Source: Spirochaetaceae bacterium
GTDB taxonomy: Bacteria > Spirochaetota > Leptospiria > Leptospirales > Leptonemataceae
Assembly (NCBI GenBank): GCA_002729885.1
Contig: PBUB01000021.1
Span: 36,451-100,450 of the forward strand
Reading direction: 5' to 3'
DNA length: 64,000 nt
Part shown: positions 57,011-64,000 of the stretch, piece after piece
Numbering within the stretch: the first letter of the stretch is position 1
Layout of the letters: each line of letters starts with the position of its first letter
Made by a program: the position numbers and the translations under genes
The notes under the pieces: generated by a model
What the model saw: the letters and a program-made list of their open reading frames with translations, nothing else
The model's database searches: none
What the model was told of the DNA's origin: nothing

Positions 57011-58405
57011 ATGTATCCTATGGCAACAAAAAGATCTAAATCCCTCCCCATACTTTCCACGCTACTATTCTTGCTTCAAACAGCCAGCTGTGACGTATGG
57101 GGCGGTCCGTCCTATACCGTTGTGGTGGATCCGGGCCATGGGGGCGCTCCAACAGCAGGGTACGATGATAAATGGGATCCGGTGACCAACAAATATCTAA
57201 GTCCCTATCTCTACGGAATGCGCTACGGCAAATACGAAGAGCATAAAGTGATGCTGGACCTGGCCAGAAGAGTGCACTATTATCTCAAGCTCACAGAAAC
57301 CGATGAAGGCTGGGAGGAGTTCCAGGGCATCCTCAAACAGTTCTCCGACCAGAAGGAGTTTACCAGGATTCGATTTCGTTCTGTAATGAGCCGCGATGAG
57401 GGCTGGGAGAAAAAAGGACTGGGTGCGGAACATCCAGATGTAAACGAGCCATTTAGACTATACGATTTTCCGGATCGCAAGAATAAGAAGAAAATCATTC
57501 CTGGAAGGCTTTCCTACATCAACTCGGAGAAACCCTATCTGGTGGTTTCTCTGCATATGAATCCGGCAGGCCCGGGCAATGAAGGTGGGATGGCTGCAGT
57601 TCTGGCTCCAGGCTATAGCACCTTTGATAAGATTCGTAGCATCCATTTAAATAATGCTCCAGACGCTGCCTTCGACGCACTACCCTGGTCCGATTACTGG
57701 CTCATCAATCAGGCTGGCTGGAGTCGCAAGGAAATCGCCATCGCAGACACCTGGGTTTACTTTCATGGTTTCTGGGTGAAGAAGAACTTGAAAGAACCCT
57801 GGCTGGAAAAAAATCGAGGGCTGCGCCATAACATGATCCAATGGCGTTACAGGGATCCATCTGGATGGGTGGAAAAGGCCAGAAAAGGCGGCCCCGGTCC
57901 CTACTCCATGAAATACTCTGAATTTCGCGCGGAAGGTCCTTTCTGGGAACGCGAGAAATCGGCACCGGAACACTGGCGAAGGGAAGCTACGGTTCCCGGA
58001 ACTTCCATCAAGTTTGGAGGGGACAATCATTATGCTTCCAATGAACTCATGCGATACGTGCAGTACGGCTCCCGAAAGCTGGATGCAAAACTGGCCCGAG
58101 AAGGAAAGAAGGCCATTCCAGAAATCGTAGATCCTTTTGTAAGCACCTACAGTTTGCCAACACTGGTGAATGCTGTGGTTGCCTATCTTGAAATCGGTCA
58201 TCTGGATGTTAAAAAGGACCGGCTGTTCATTCTAAATAACAAGGATGTGATCGCTCGCAGTCTGGCTGCCGGGATCTATTCTCTTTTCGCTGGACTTGAC
58301 CTGAAGCCCTATGAAGGTCCCTCCAGACCGGTCAGCAAGCCACTTAACTTCAAAAAGTATGAGGAATACGAAAAAGGGAACTACTTCAACATCGTAACGG
58401 ATTGA
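57011..58405 (+). CDS. N-acetylmuramoyl-L-alanine amidase-like lipoprotein (Amidase_3 with large insertions)
   Basis: Lipobox LLQTASC. VVVDPGHGGAP (Zn His), EEHKVMLDLA (Glu), LVVSLHMNPAG (His). Confidence 0.65.
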   Translation: MYPMATKRSKSLPILSTLLFLLQTASCDVWGGPSYTVVVDPGHGGAPTAGYDDKWDPVTNKYLSPYLYGMRYGKYEEHKVMLDLARRVHYYLKLTETDEGWEEFQGILKQFSDQKEFTRIRFRSVMSRDEGWEKKGLGAEHPDVNEPFRLYDFPDRKNKKKIIPGRLSYINSEKPYLVVSLHMNPAGPGNEGGMAAVLAPGYSTFDKIRSIHLNNAPDAAFDALPWSDYWLINQAGWSRKEIAIADTWVYFHGFWVKKNLKEPWLEKNRGLRHNMIQWRYRDPSGWVEKARKGGPGPYSMKYSEFRAEGPFWEREKSAPEHWRREATVPGTSIKFGGDNHYASNELMRYVQYGSRKLDAKLAREGKKAIPEIVDPFVSTYSLPTLVNAVVAYLEIGHLDVKKDRLFILNNKDVIARSLAAGIYSLFAGLDLKPYEGPSRPVSKPLNFKKYEEYEKGNYFNIVTD

Positions 58406-58595
58406 TTCCAGGGATTTGCCTTCATCTGCACTCAATCGCACCTTCTCTCGCGCGCGTGCTCCGGTTTCGATTCAGTATCCTGGACCTTATTCCGTTTCCC
58501 TGGATGGATTCTCTACGCGAAACAGGGTTTGATTGTAAAATGCTGAACCCCGGGGCGAATAATTTCTTTGCTCCATTCGATGACAGACGGACAAC

Positions 58596-59045
58596 TTGAA
58601 AAATATGAAACAATTGATTCGCGGAACAATGCATCCCTGGGCCCTGATCGATTTCACCTGGGCATTTCCTCAGACATTTCTGGGACTTTTCTATGCCCTT
58701 TTTTCCCTGGCGGCCGGAGCTCGTATTTCCGGCATCGCCGGACATTGCTGCATTGTTTCAGAATGCCCGATCATGATCAGCTATAGCGGTGTGTCTCTTG
58801 GGCCTATCTTGCTGGGAGGAAAGGGATTTCACTCCTGGGTCCATGAGTACGGCCATACCTATCAGAGTCGCATCCTGGGCCCGTTCTATTTAATCGTCAT
58901 CGGCCTGCCCAGTGTATTGAGTGCGCTGCTGCGACCGGCCCATCATAACCGGCTCTACGCAGAGAGGTGGGCCAATGCGCTTGCACCCACCGGAGAGCTG
59001 GCCCGGCGAATGAAAGTGCATGGCCGGACCGAGAGTCTGTCGTGA
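58596..59045 (+). CDS. small membrane protein with an HExxH motif
   Basis: 149 aa with 3-4 hydrophobic segments. WVHEYGHTYQS read directly. Confidence 0.45.
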   Translation: MKNMKQLIRGTMHPWALIDFTWAFPQTFLGLFYALFSLAAGARISGIAGHCCIVSECPIMISYSGVSLGPILLGGKGFHSWVHEYGHTYQSRILGPFYLIVIGLPSVLSALLRPAHHNRLYAERWANALAPTGELARRMKVHGRTESLS

Positions 59046-59104
59046 AAGCCAATCCCATCGGAGAACCTGTCGTAAATCGAGATCGCTAATTCGGCGTTGC
59101 TCGG

Positions 59105-59140
59105 ATCTTAGCGAATCTTAGCGCCTCTTATCGCGCCTTA
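59105..59140. repeat. 10-bp tandem repeat, about 3.5 copies
   Basis: ATCTTAGCGA / ATCTTAGCGC / CTCTTATCGC / GCCTTA. It runs into the osmC stop codon (TTA on the plus strand at 59138-59140). Confidence 0.8.
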
Positions 59141-59545
59141 TTCATAGATGATCTCGTAGGTCAGATCGGCAGACTTCTTGATCATGGCTGAAACTCCGCA
59201 ATATTGCTCCTGCGAAAGCTTCACGGCTCTTTCTACCTTCTCTGGATCCGCACCTTTACTGAAGATGTACTTCATCTTGATATTCTTAAATACCTTGGGA
59301 TGCTCATCTGTCTGATCCGCTTCCACTTCGATTCGCATGGAATCCACATCAATTCGCATCTTTCGAAGAATGCCCACAATATCCATAGCAGTGCAGCCGG
59401 CCAGACCGGAGAGAACCGCCTCTTTAGGAGTTTGAGCGCTATCGTCTCCGCCTGACTGTTCGTAGGTATCCATTTCAAGATTGTGGCCGCGATCATTGGT
59501 AGCCACCATCTTCATTTTGCCTTTATAATCCAGGGTAACTTGCAT
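59138..59545 (-). CDS. osmC: OsmC/Ohr-family peroxiredoxin-like protein
   Basis: 135 aa. PKEAVLSGLAGCTAMDIV and SQEQYCGVSAMI carry the two conserved Cys residues. Confidence 0.85.
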   Translation of the reverse strand: MQVTLDYKGKMKMVATNDRGHNLEMDTYEQSGGDDSAQTPKEAVLSGLAGCTAMDIVGILRKMRIDVDSMRIEVEADQTDEHPKVFKNIKMKYIFSKGADPEKVERAVKLSQEQYCGVSAMIKKSADLTYEIIYE

Positions 59546-59998
59546 GGCCCGAGATTTCCCGGACTGTGTTTCCGGTCAACAGTCATAGGCATCCGGCCCG
59601 GGGCCATTCTCCGGGAACAGTAATCCAGGAATTAGACCTTTCCCGGAAAATACCATTACCCTCTTCCGTACCTGTAGTTAGAAACATACCTGTGCTACCT
59701 TTTTCGGAATGTAACTCTCGGCCACAGTGCTGAAATCCTGCCTCATTTATTGAGAATACTGCCTCCTGTTGCGGACCAGAGAAGCTCCGTCATCGCTGCA
59801 GAGCAGAACACGTCAATTCTGAGGCCGGCTGGGGTTGCTGCTGAGTAAACCTGCCAGTAAATGAGGCAAATCGTTAAGCAGGATTCCAGATCGAGCGTAG
59901 TGTAACAATCGTACTCTAAACCTGACGTCCAGGAATGGAAGAGATAGTATGGAACGGCCACTTTTTTCCTCATTTTGCGCCGTTGCTTCTTAAACCGG

Positions 59999-60027
59999 TT
60001 GACAATATCAAAAAATCGGATTAAATC
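59999..60027 (+). promoter_or_regulatory. sigma70-like promoter candidate for the lipoprotein gene
   Basis: TTGACA - 17 nt - TAAATC, 48 nt upstream of the ATG at 60075. GGAGG RBS at 60064-60068. Confidence 0.35.
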
Positions 60028-60074
60028 CTCCCACCCAAATGGCTCTCTTGCCGAACCAATCCAGGAGGAAAAGA

Positions 60075-60743
60075 ATGAAGAAAGCAGGAATCGCAGCGAT
60101 TCTACTCACCACTTTCATAGCAGCCTGTGGCCTTAAATCAGAAGGTACCAAACTAACGCCAATCGTAGAAGGCGAAGATGCTGCTGTTGGAAAAGAATAC
60201 GCTATCACTCTTAAACATGTAAATGTCTACTATCAGTCCGGAGACACAATGTATATTCGTGCAGAGGACGAAGACAAGAATGGAATCGACATTTTTTTCA
60301 CGCAAGAGCAGAAATCCAAGATATACAACCTCGAGCCGCGATCCAACTATATCTACAAATTCAAAGTAATCAAAGGCGGCAAAAGCCCAGATGCAGATCT
60401 GATCGAAGTAGCAGACATAGAAGGGAACATCATTAGCGATTCCATCGATGTTCCTGACACAGCTATGCGAGTACCTTTCCTGGATGGAAAAGAGGGATTC
60501 GGCAAAGAATACACAGTAAAAGCGAAATATAGAAGCAATACCGAAAAGGACGATGGAACCAGAATCGCCTATTTCAGCGATCCGGATGGATATCAGTTCT
60601 CCCTGGTAGGAACCTATCCGGAAGAAATGCATGAGCAAGTTGATTCTCTGGAAAGAAAAGAGTACCTCGTAAAGATAAAGCGGGCCAGCGAGTTGCGCGG
60701 TGGTCTGCAGGGTGAGATCCTTGAGATAAAACCGGTAGAATAA
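60075..60743 (+). CDS. hypothetical lipoprotein (222 aa)
   Basis: MKKAGIAAILLTTFIAACG lipobox. GGAGG RBS and a strong terminator downstream. Confidence 0.75.
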   Translation: MKKAGIAAILLTTFIAACGLKSEGTKLTPIVEGEDAAVGKEYAITLKHVNVYYQSGDTMYIRAEDEDKNGIDIFFTQEQKSKIYNLEPRSNYIYKFKVIKGGKSPDADLIEVADIEGNIISDSIDVPDTAMRVPFLDGKEGFGKEYTVKAKYRSNTEKDDGTRIAYFSDPDGYQFSLVGTYPEEMHEQVDSLERKEYLVKIKRASELRGGLQGEILEIKPVE

Positions 60744-60757
60744 AGCATCTGAACCAC

Positions 60758-60786
60758 AGCCGCTGGTATTCCGGCGGCTTTTTTTT
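60758..60786 (+). terminator. rho-independent terminator
   Basis: AGCCGCTGG-TATT-CCGGCGGCT followed by T8. Confidence 0.8.
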
Positions 60787-60803
60787 CGGTTAATCGCTGG
60801 CCC

Positions 60804-61580
60804 TTATCCGCCTGCCCAGTCCCAAAAAACAGATGGTGCCTGCTCCAGTGCGGGTCTAGCAAGCAGGAATCCCTGAATCAAGTCCACTCCAGCGTCCATT
60901 AGATAATTCGCTTCCCCGGCCGTTTCAATTCCTTCTGCAACAATTTCCAGACCCAGATCATTTCCCATAGAAATCAGGTTTCGCACGATTTTCTGTTTGG
61001 TAGTGTTTTGATCGATGTCCTGAACAAGCGCACGATCCAGCTTTACAATATCCGGCTGAAACCGGGTAAGCAGGCGAAGACCGGAATATCCCGCTCCAAA
61101 ATCATCCAGAGCTGTTTTAAATCCCTGATTTCTGTACTCTTTGAGTATTCCCAGTAAATGATCCGGGTCCAGAATCTGTTCCGTTTCGCTTACTTCGAAG
61201 ATTAACCTGTTTGTATTAAAGCCAAATTGCTCGGAAGCTTCCAGGGTCGCCTGGATACAGGTGTCCGGTTTGTACACTGCATTGGGCAGAAAATTGATAC
61301 TTAGAGATCCCTGAATGCCGATTCTGGATGCGGTTTCAATGGCTTTCACCCGGGCGGACTGATCAAACCTGTACATGTTATCCGGAGTTACCTGGTCCAG
61401 GACATAGCCTGCGCCCTGTCCCTCCGGCCCCCGACACAGCGCTTCCTGGGCATACACCGTTCTACGCGAAAGGCTTACTATAGGCTGAAAGGCCATCTTG
61501 AACTGAAAAGGAAGGCCCGCCCCGTCCAGGCAGGCCTGACATTTGATGGGTTGAAATTTCTCGGTCATAGTTAGATTCAA
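60804..61580 (-). CDS. stand-alone EAL-domain c-di-GMP phosphodiesterase
   Basis: QPIVSL, AQEALCRGP, IFEVSETE, ALDDFGAGYSGL, VKLDRALV, VAEGIET and QGFLLARP. All catalytic signature blocks are present. Confidence 0.9.
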   Translation of the reverse strand: MNLTMTEKFQPIKCQACLDGAGLPFQFKMAFQPIVSLSRRTVYAQEALCRGPEGQGAGYVLDQVTPDNMYRFDQSARVKAIETASRIGIQGSLSINFLPNAVYKPDTCIQATLEASEQFGFNTNRLIFEVSETEQILDPDHLLGILKEYRNQGFKTALDDFGAGYSGLRLLTRFQPDIVKLDRALVQDIDQNTTKQKIVRNLISMGNDLGLEIVAEGIETAGEANYLMDAGVDLIQGFLLARPALEQAPSVFWDWAGG

Positions 61581-61706
61581 AATGATGGATCGCTCCCGGA
61601 AATGTAGCCGGGGAAATTATAGATCCGCTACATAGAATTGGAATCCATTAACAGACCATTAACCATGGCATGCTAATCTAATCCTATCTCAACCAAGGAG
61701 AAAAGG

Positions 61707-62165
61707 ATGAAACGATTTTTCAAGAACAGAAAAATACTGGGATTCATGGCAGGATTGCTCACGCTGGGAATGCTGGGCACAAACTGTGGCCGGGGACACT
61801 GGCATTCCCAGAAGGATCCGGCGGAGATGGCCGAAAAGGTCACAGACCGTCTGGCAGATAAACTGGATCTGGATGAATCCCAGGAGACAGAAACAAAGAA
61901 ACTGGTTCTGGAAATCATAGAATCGGGCAAGGAACTGAGAAATCATCGCAAGGATATGATTGGCGAGCTCGAAAAGCAATTTGCCAGCAGTGAATTTGAT
62001 CCTGCATCATTGAATCAGATGTCAGAAAAATCCGAAGCCGAATTCAAGAAGTTCAGAGTGACTGTAGTCCAGAATATGGGTAAGTTTCATGCTCTGCTAA
62101 CAGACGAGCAGAAGCGGGAAGCCGCTGAATACCTGGGTGAAGTGAAAGAACGATTTCACCGTTGA
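61707..62165 (+). CDS. Spy/CpxP/ZraP-family (LTXXQ) periplasmic lipoprotein
   Basis: Lipobox LGMLGTNCG. Helical and charged. LTXXQ-type motifs LDESQ and LLTDEQKREA. Adjacent to a two-component system. Confidence 0.6.
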   Translation: MKRFFKNRKILGFMAGLLTLGMLGTNCGRGHWHSQKDPAEMAEKVTDRLADKLDLDESQETETKKLVLEIIESGKELRNHRKDMIGELEKQFASSEFDPASLNQMSEKSEAEFKKFRVTVVQNMGKFHALLTDEQKREAAEYLGEVKERFHR

Positions 62166-62171
62166 TTCTGT

Positions 62172-62203
62172 GCATTGCCCGGTCTCCGGGCAATGCTTTC
62201 CTC
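62172..62203 (+). terminator. perfect 11-bp hairpin between the Spy-like gene and the response regulator (terminator/attenuator candidate)
   Basis: GCATTGCCCGG-tct-CCGGGCAATGC followed by TTTCCTCT. Confidence 0.5.
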
Positions 62204-62240
62204 TGGAATTCAATGTTCCTGGAGTGAGCAGTATAACCTT

Positions 62241-62957
62241 ATGACCGGTTCCAGAAAAAAAGTACTCCTGGTAGAGGACGATGGCAAGATTACCGATTTG
62301 CTCACTGAGTATCTTTCCACTTTTGATTTTCAGGTAACCGCCACGGCATCGCCCGCCAGTGCCCGAAAGCATCTGGAACAGGGCAACTTCCACATCATGA
62401 TATTGGATGTTATGCTTCCTGAAGAGGATGGATTCTCTCTCTTAAGGGATCTACGACCCCGGCTGGATATTCCCATCATTATGCTCACCGCCCGGGGAGA
62501 TCTCACAGATCGAGTGGTGGGTCTGGAACTGGGTGCCGACGACTACATGTCCAAACCATTCGAGCCCAGGGAGCTAATTGCAAGAATGCGAGCACTGCTT
62601 CGCAGAACAGAAACAAAAGATAAGGCCCCGGACACTACGCACAATGTACTCTTGAAATCGGGCGATCTTGAATTGAATCGAATGAGCCGATCCATAAGGC
62701 TTGCCAATTCTGACATTAACCTGACTACCATGGAATTCGACATACTGGAACGATTGATGGACAATAAAGGAATCGTGCTTTCCAGAGATCGAATTACAGA
62801 AATGATACACGGAGAGGAGTTCGAACCGTTCAATCGCACAATTGACATTTTGATAAGTCGCATTCGAAACAAGCTACAGGACTCTGCAGACAACCCCAGA
62901 TTCATTCGCACAGTTCGAGGTGCAGGATATTTATTTCTTTCCGATGGTAGAAGCTGA
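62241..62957 (+). CDS. OmpR/PhoB-family response regulator
   Basis: KVLLVEDDGKI...IMILDVMLPEEDG...SKPF. Winged-helix LTTMEFDILERL...IRTVRGAGY. The ATG at 62241 is preferred because the hairpin lies inside the longer ORF. Confidence 0.9.
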   Translation: MTGSRKKVLLVEDDGKITDLLTEYLSTFDFQVTATASPASARKHLEQGNFHIMILDVMLPEEDGFSLLRDLRPRLDIPIIMLTARGDLTDRVVGLELGADDYMSKPFEPRELIARMRALLRRTETKDKAPDTTHNVLLKSGDLELNRMSRSIRLANSDINLTTMEFDILERLMDNKGIVLSRDRITEMIHGEEFEPFNRTIDILISRIRNKLQDSADNPRFIRTVRGAGYLFLSDGRS

Positions 62958-64000
62958 TGTTCGGATTCTGGAAAGCGAAAACGAAGCCCGGGCTTCATCA
63001 TAGAAACCGCCATTCGATCTTTCTAAAGCTAATTGGCATTTTTCTTTTGGCAGGCCTTCTACTGAATCTTCTGGGTTTTGGCTTTTTCAGGCTCGGTCGT
63101 TCCTGGCAGGAAGAGAACAGACTGGAAGATACAGTTCTGTTCTTGCTGGAATCGGCCATCCTTCGCCTGGGTACTCCTCCGGATAGAGCGCTGGCACTGC
63201 AGATGAAAGAACAGCAGGATCTGGCGATAGCCTATTCTCCGGATCCCGAGGCCCTGGTTCCGGACATGAACTTTCGCAGACAACGGGGCGAATCCCCGGA
63301 CTCTGCATTGGATGCGTCGAATGGAGCCATGCATGATGCATCGTTCAATTTCCTGAATCCCCGCAGCGACTTTGAAGAAGAAGACTTCTATCTTAATACC
63401 GGGAACGTTCTGGACTTTCATGAAGGACAATTAACAGCAAGAATCCGTCGCCCCGAAGGAACCTTCTGGATTCAGTATCAATTTGGCGGGCCGGATGGAA
63501 ATCCCTGGGGAATCCTGGCTTTTCTAATTACTCTGTCCGGCGTCCTGCTCCTGGCCTACTCCCTGATGCGAAGAACTTTGAAGCCAATCAAAGCATTGAT
63601 GACCGGCGTTCAGGAGACATCCCGCGGTAACCTGGATTATCGAATCAAACTGCACCGCAGAGATGAGCTGGGTCAGCTGGCCTCTCTATACAACGATATG
63701 CAGGGTAAAATTCAGTCCATGCTGGAATCCAGAAGACAATTACTTCTAGATGTTAGCCACGAAATAAGAACTCCTCTCACCAGAATGAAGCTCTCTCTGG
63801 AGTTCATTCCAGAATCCAGGCGAACAGAAGCGTTAAAGGAAGAAATCCGTCTTCTGGATACCATGCTAACCGAAGTGCTGGAAAACGAAAGATTGAGCAG
63901 CTTGCATGGCGCCCTCCAGCCCAGATATCAGAGTCTGGAGCCCATGCTTCAAAGGTGTATCCAGCGTTTCTCTGTGGCGGGTATTCGCATTGAACATTCA
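62957..64000 (+). CDS. HAMP-domain sensor histidine kinase, N-terminal part (3' end outside window)
   Basis: The ATG overlaps the regulator stop (TGATG). Frame 2 is open to the window edge. Two TMs, HAMP (LKPIKALMTGVQETSRGNLDYRI...DELGQLASLYNDM) and HisKA LLLDVSHEIRTPLTRM. Confidence 0.88.
   Translation, partial: MFGFWKAKTKPGLHHRNRHSIFLKLIGIFLLAGLLLNLLGFGFFRLGRSWQEENRLEDTVLFLLESAILRLGTPPDRALALQMKEQQDLAIAYSPDPEALVPDMNFRRQRGESPDSALDASNGAMHDASFNFLNPRSDFEEEDFYLNTGNVLDFHEGQLTARIRRPEGTFWIQYQFGGPDGNPWGILAFLITLSGVLLLAYSLMRRTLKPIKALMTGVQETSRGNLDYRIKLHRRDELGQLASLYNDMQGKIQSMLESRRQLLLDVSHEIRTPLTRMKLSLEFIPESRRTEALKEEIRLLDTMLTEVLENERLSSLHGALQPRYQSLEPMLQRCIQRFSVAGIRIEHS

Noticed and set aside
59743-59973. 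76-aa minus-strand ORF in the long osmC-lipoprotein intergenic region
   Set aside because: It has no Shine-Dalgarno sequence, an odd Cys/Trp/Tyr-rich composition and no motif. It is kept only as context for the ncRNA/leader hypothesis.
1-64000. Search by eye for tRNA/rRNA genes, IS elements, integrases, prophage or toxin-antitoxin modules
   Set aside because: None recognised. Every long ORF is accounted for by chromosomal-type genes, and the intergenic regions are short apart from those at 59546-60074 and 20780-21186. A tRNAscan or Rfam run would be needed to exclude small RNAs formally.

Overview
A 64-kb chromosomal segment of about 50% GC, densely coding on both strands, with roughly 60 protein genes. 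By eye I found no rRNA, tRNA, CRISPR array, transposase, integrase or phage genes, so this looks like core chromosome rather than a mobile island. Many predicted lipoproteins carry spirochaete-style lipoboxes. Together with an LruC-domain lipoprotein, LemA/TPM genes, a GldF/GldG-type ABC operon and a bactofilin, this suggests a Leptospiraceae-like spirochaete; that is inference only.

Recognisable housekeeping genes:
- truA, lon (LonA type) and an HtrA/DegP-like protease
- an acyl-CoA carboxyltransferase beta subunit (methylcrotonyl/propionyl type)
- folP, an NrnA-like DHH phosphoesterase, a CCA-enzyme-like HD protein and a 4HBT thioesterase
- OsmC, an MBOAT acyltransferase, a MacB/Lol-type ABC system, MscS, lytic transglycosylases and an Amidase_3 protein

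Signalling genes are frequent:
- partial sensor kinases at both window edges
- REC-PP2C, REC-GGDEF and Hpt genes
- a stand-alone EAL protein
- a Spy/CpxP-like lipoprotein next to an OmpR/HAMP-kinase pair
- a PilZ domain fused to an MpaB/DUF2236 oxygenase-like protein

No clear-cut novel system stands out. The most unusual items are:
1. A translationally coupled methyltransferase plus DUF2236::PilZ fusion, followed by a C39-like peptidase.
2. A second C39-like paralog that has lost both the Cys and His catalytic residues.
3. A five-gene, zero-spacer ABC/GldG/DUF4340/LptE-like lipoprotein operon.
4. Two adjacent secreted proteins that share a C-terminal tail motif.
5. A lipoprotein-like gene interrupted by an in-frame TAG.
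6. A CCA-enzyme homolog with a degenerate nucleotidyltransferase head.
7. Several short intergenic tandem repeats.

All family assignments come from motif recognition by eye and need HMM or BLAST confirmation.
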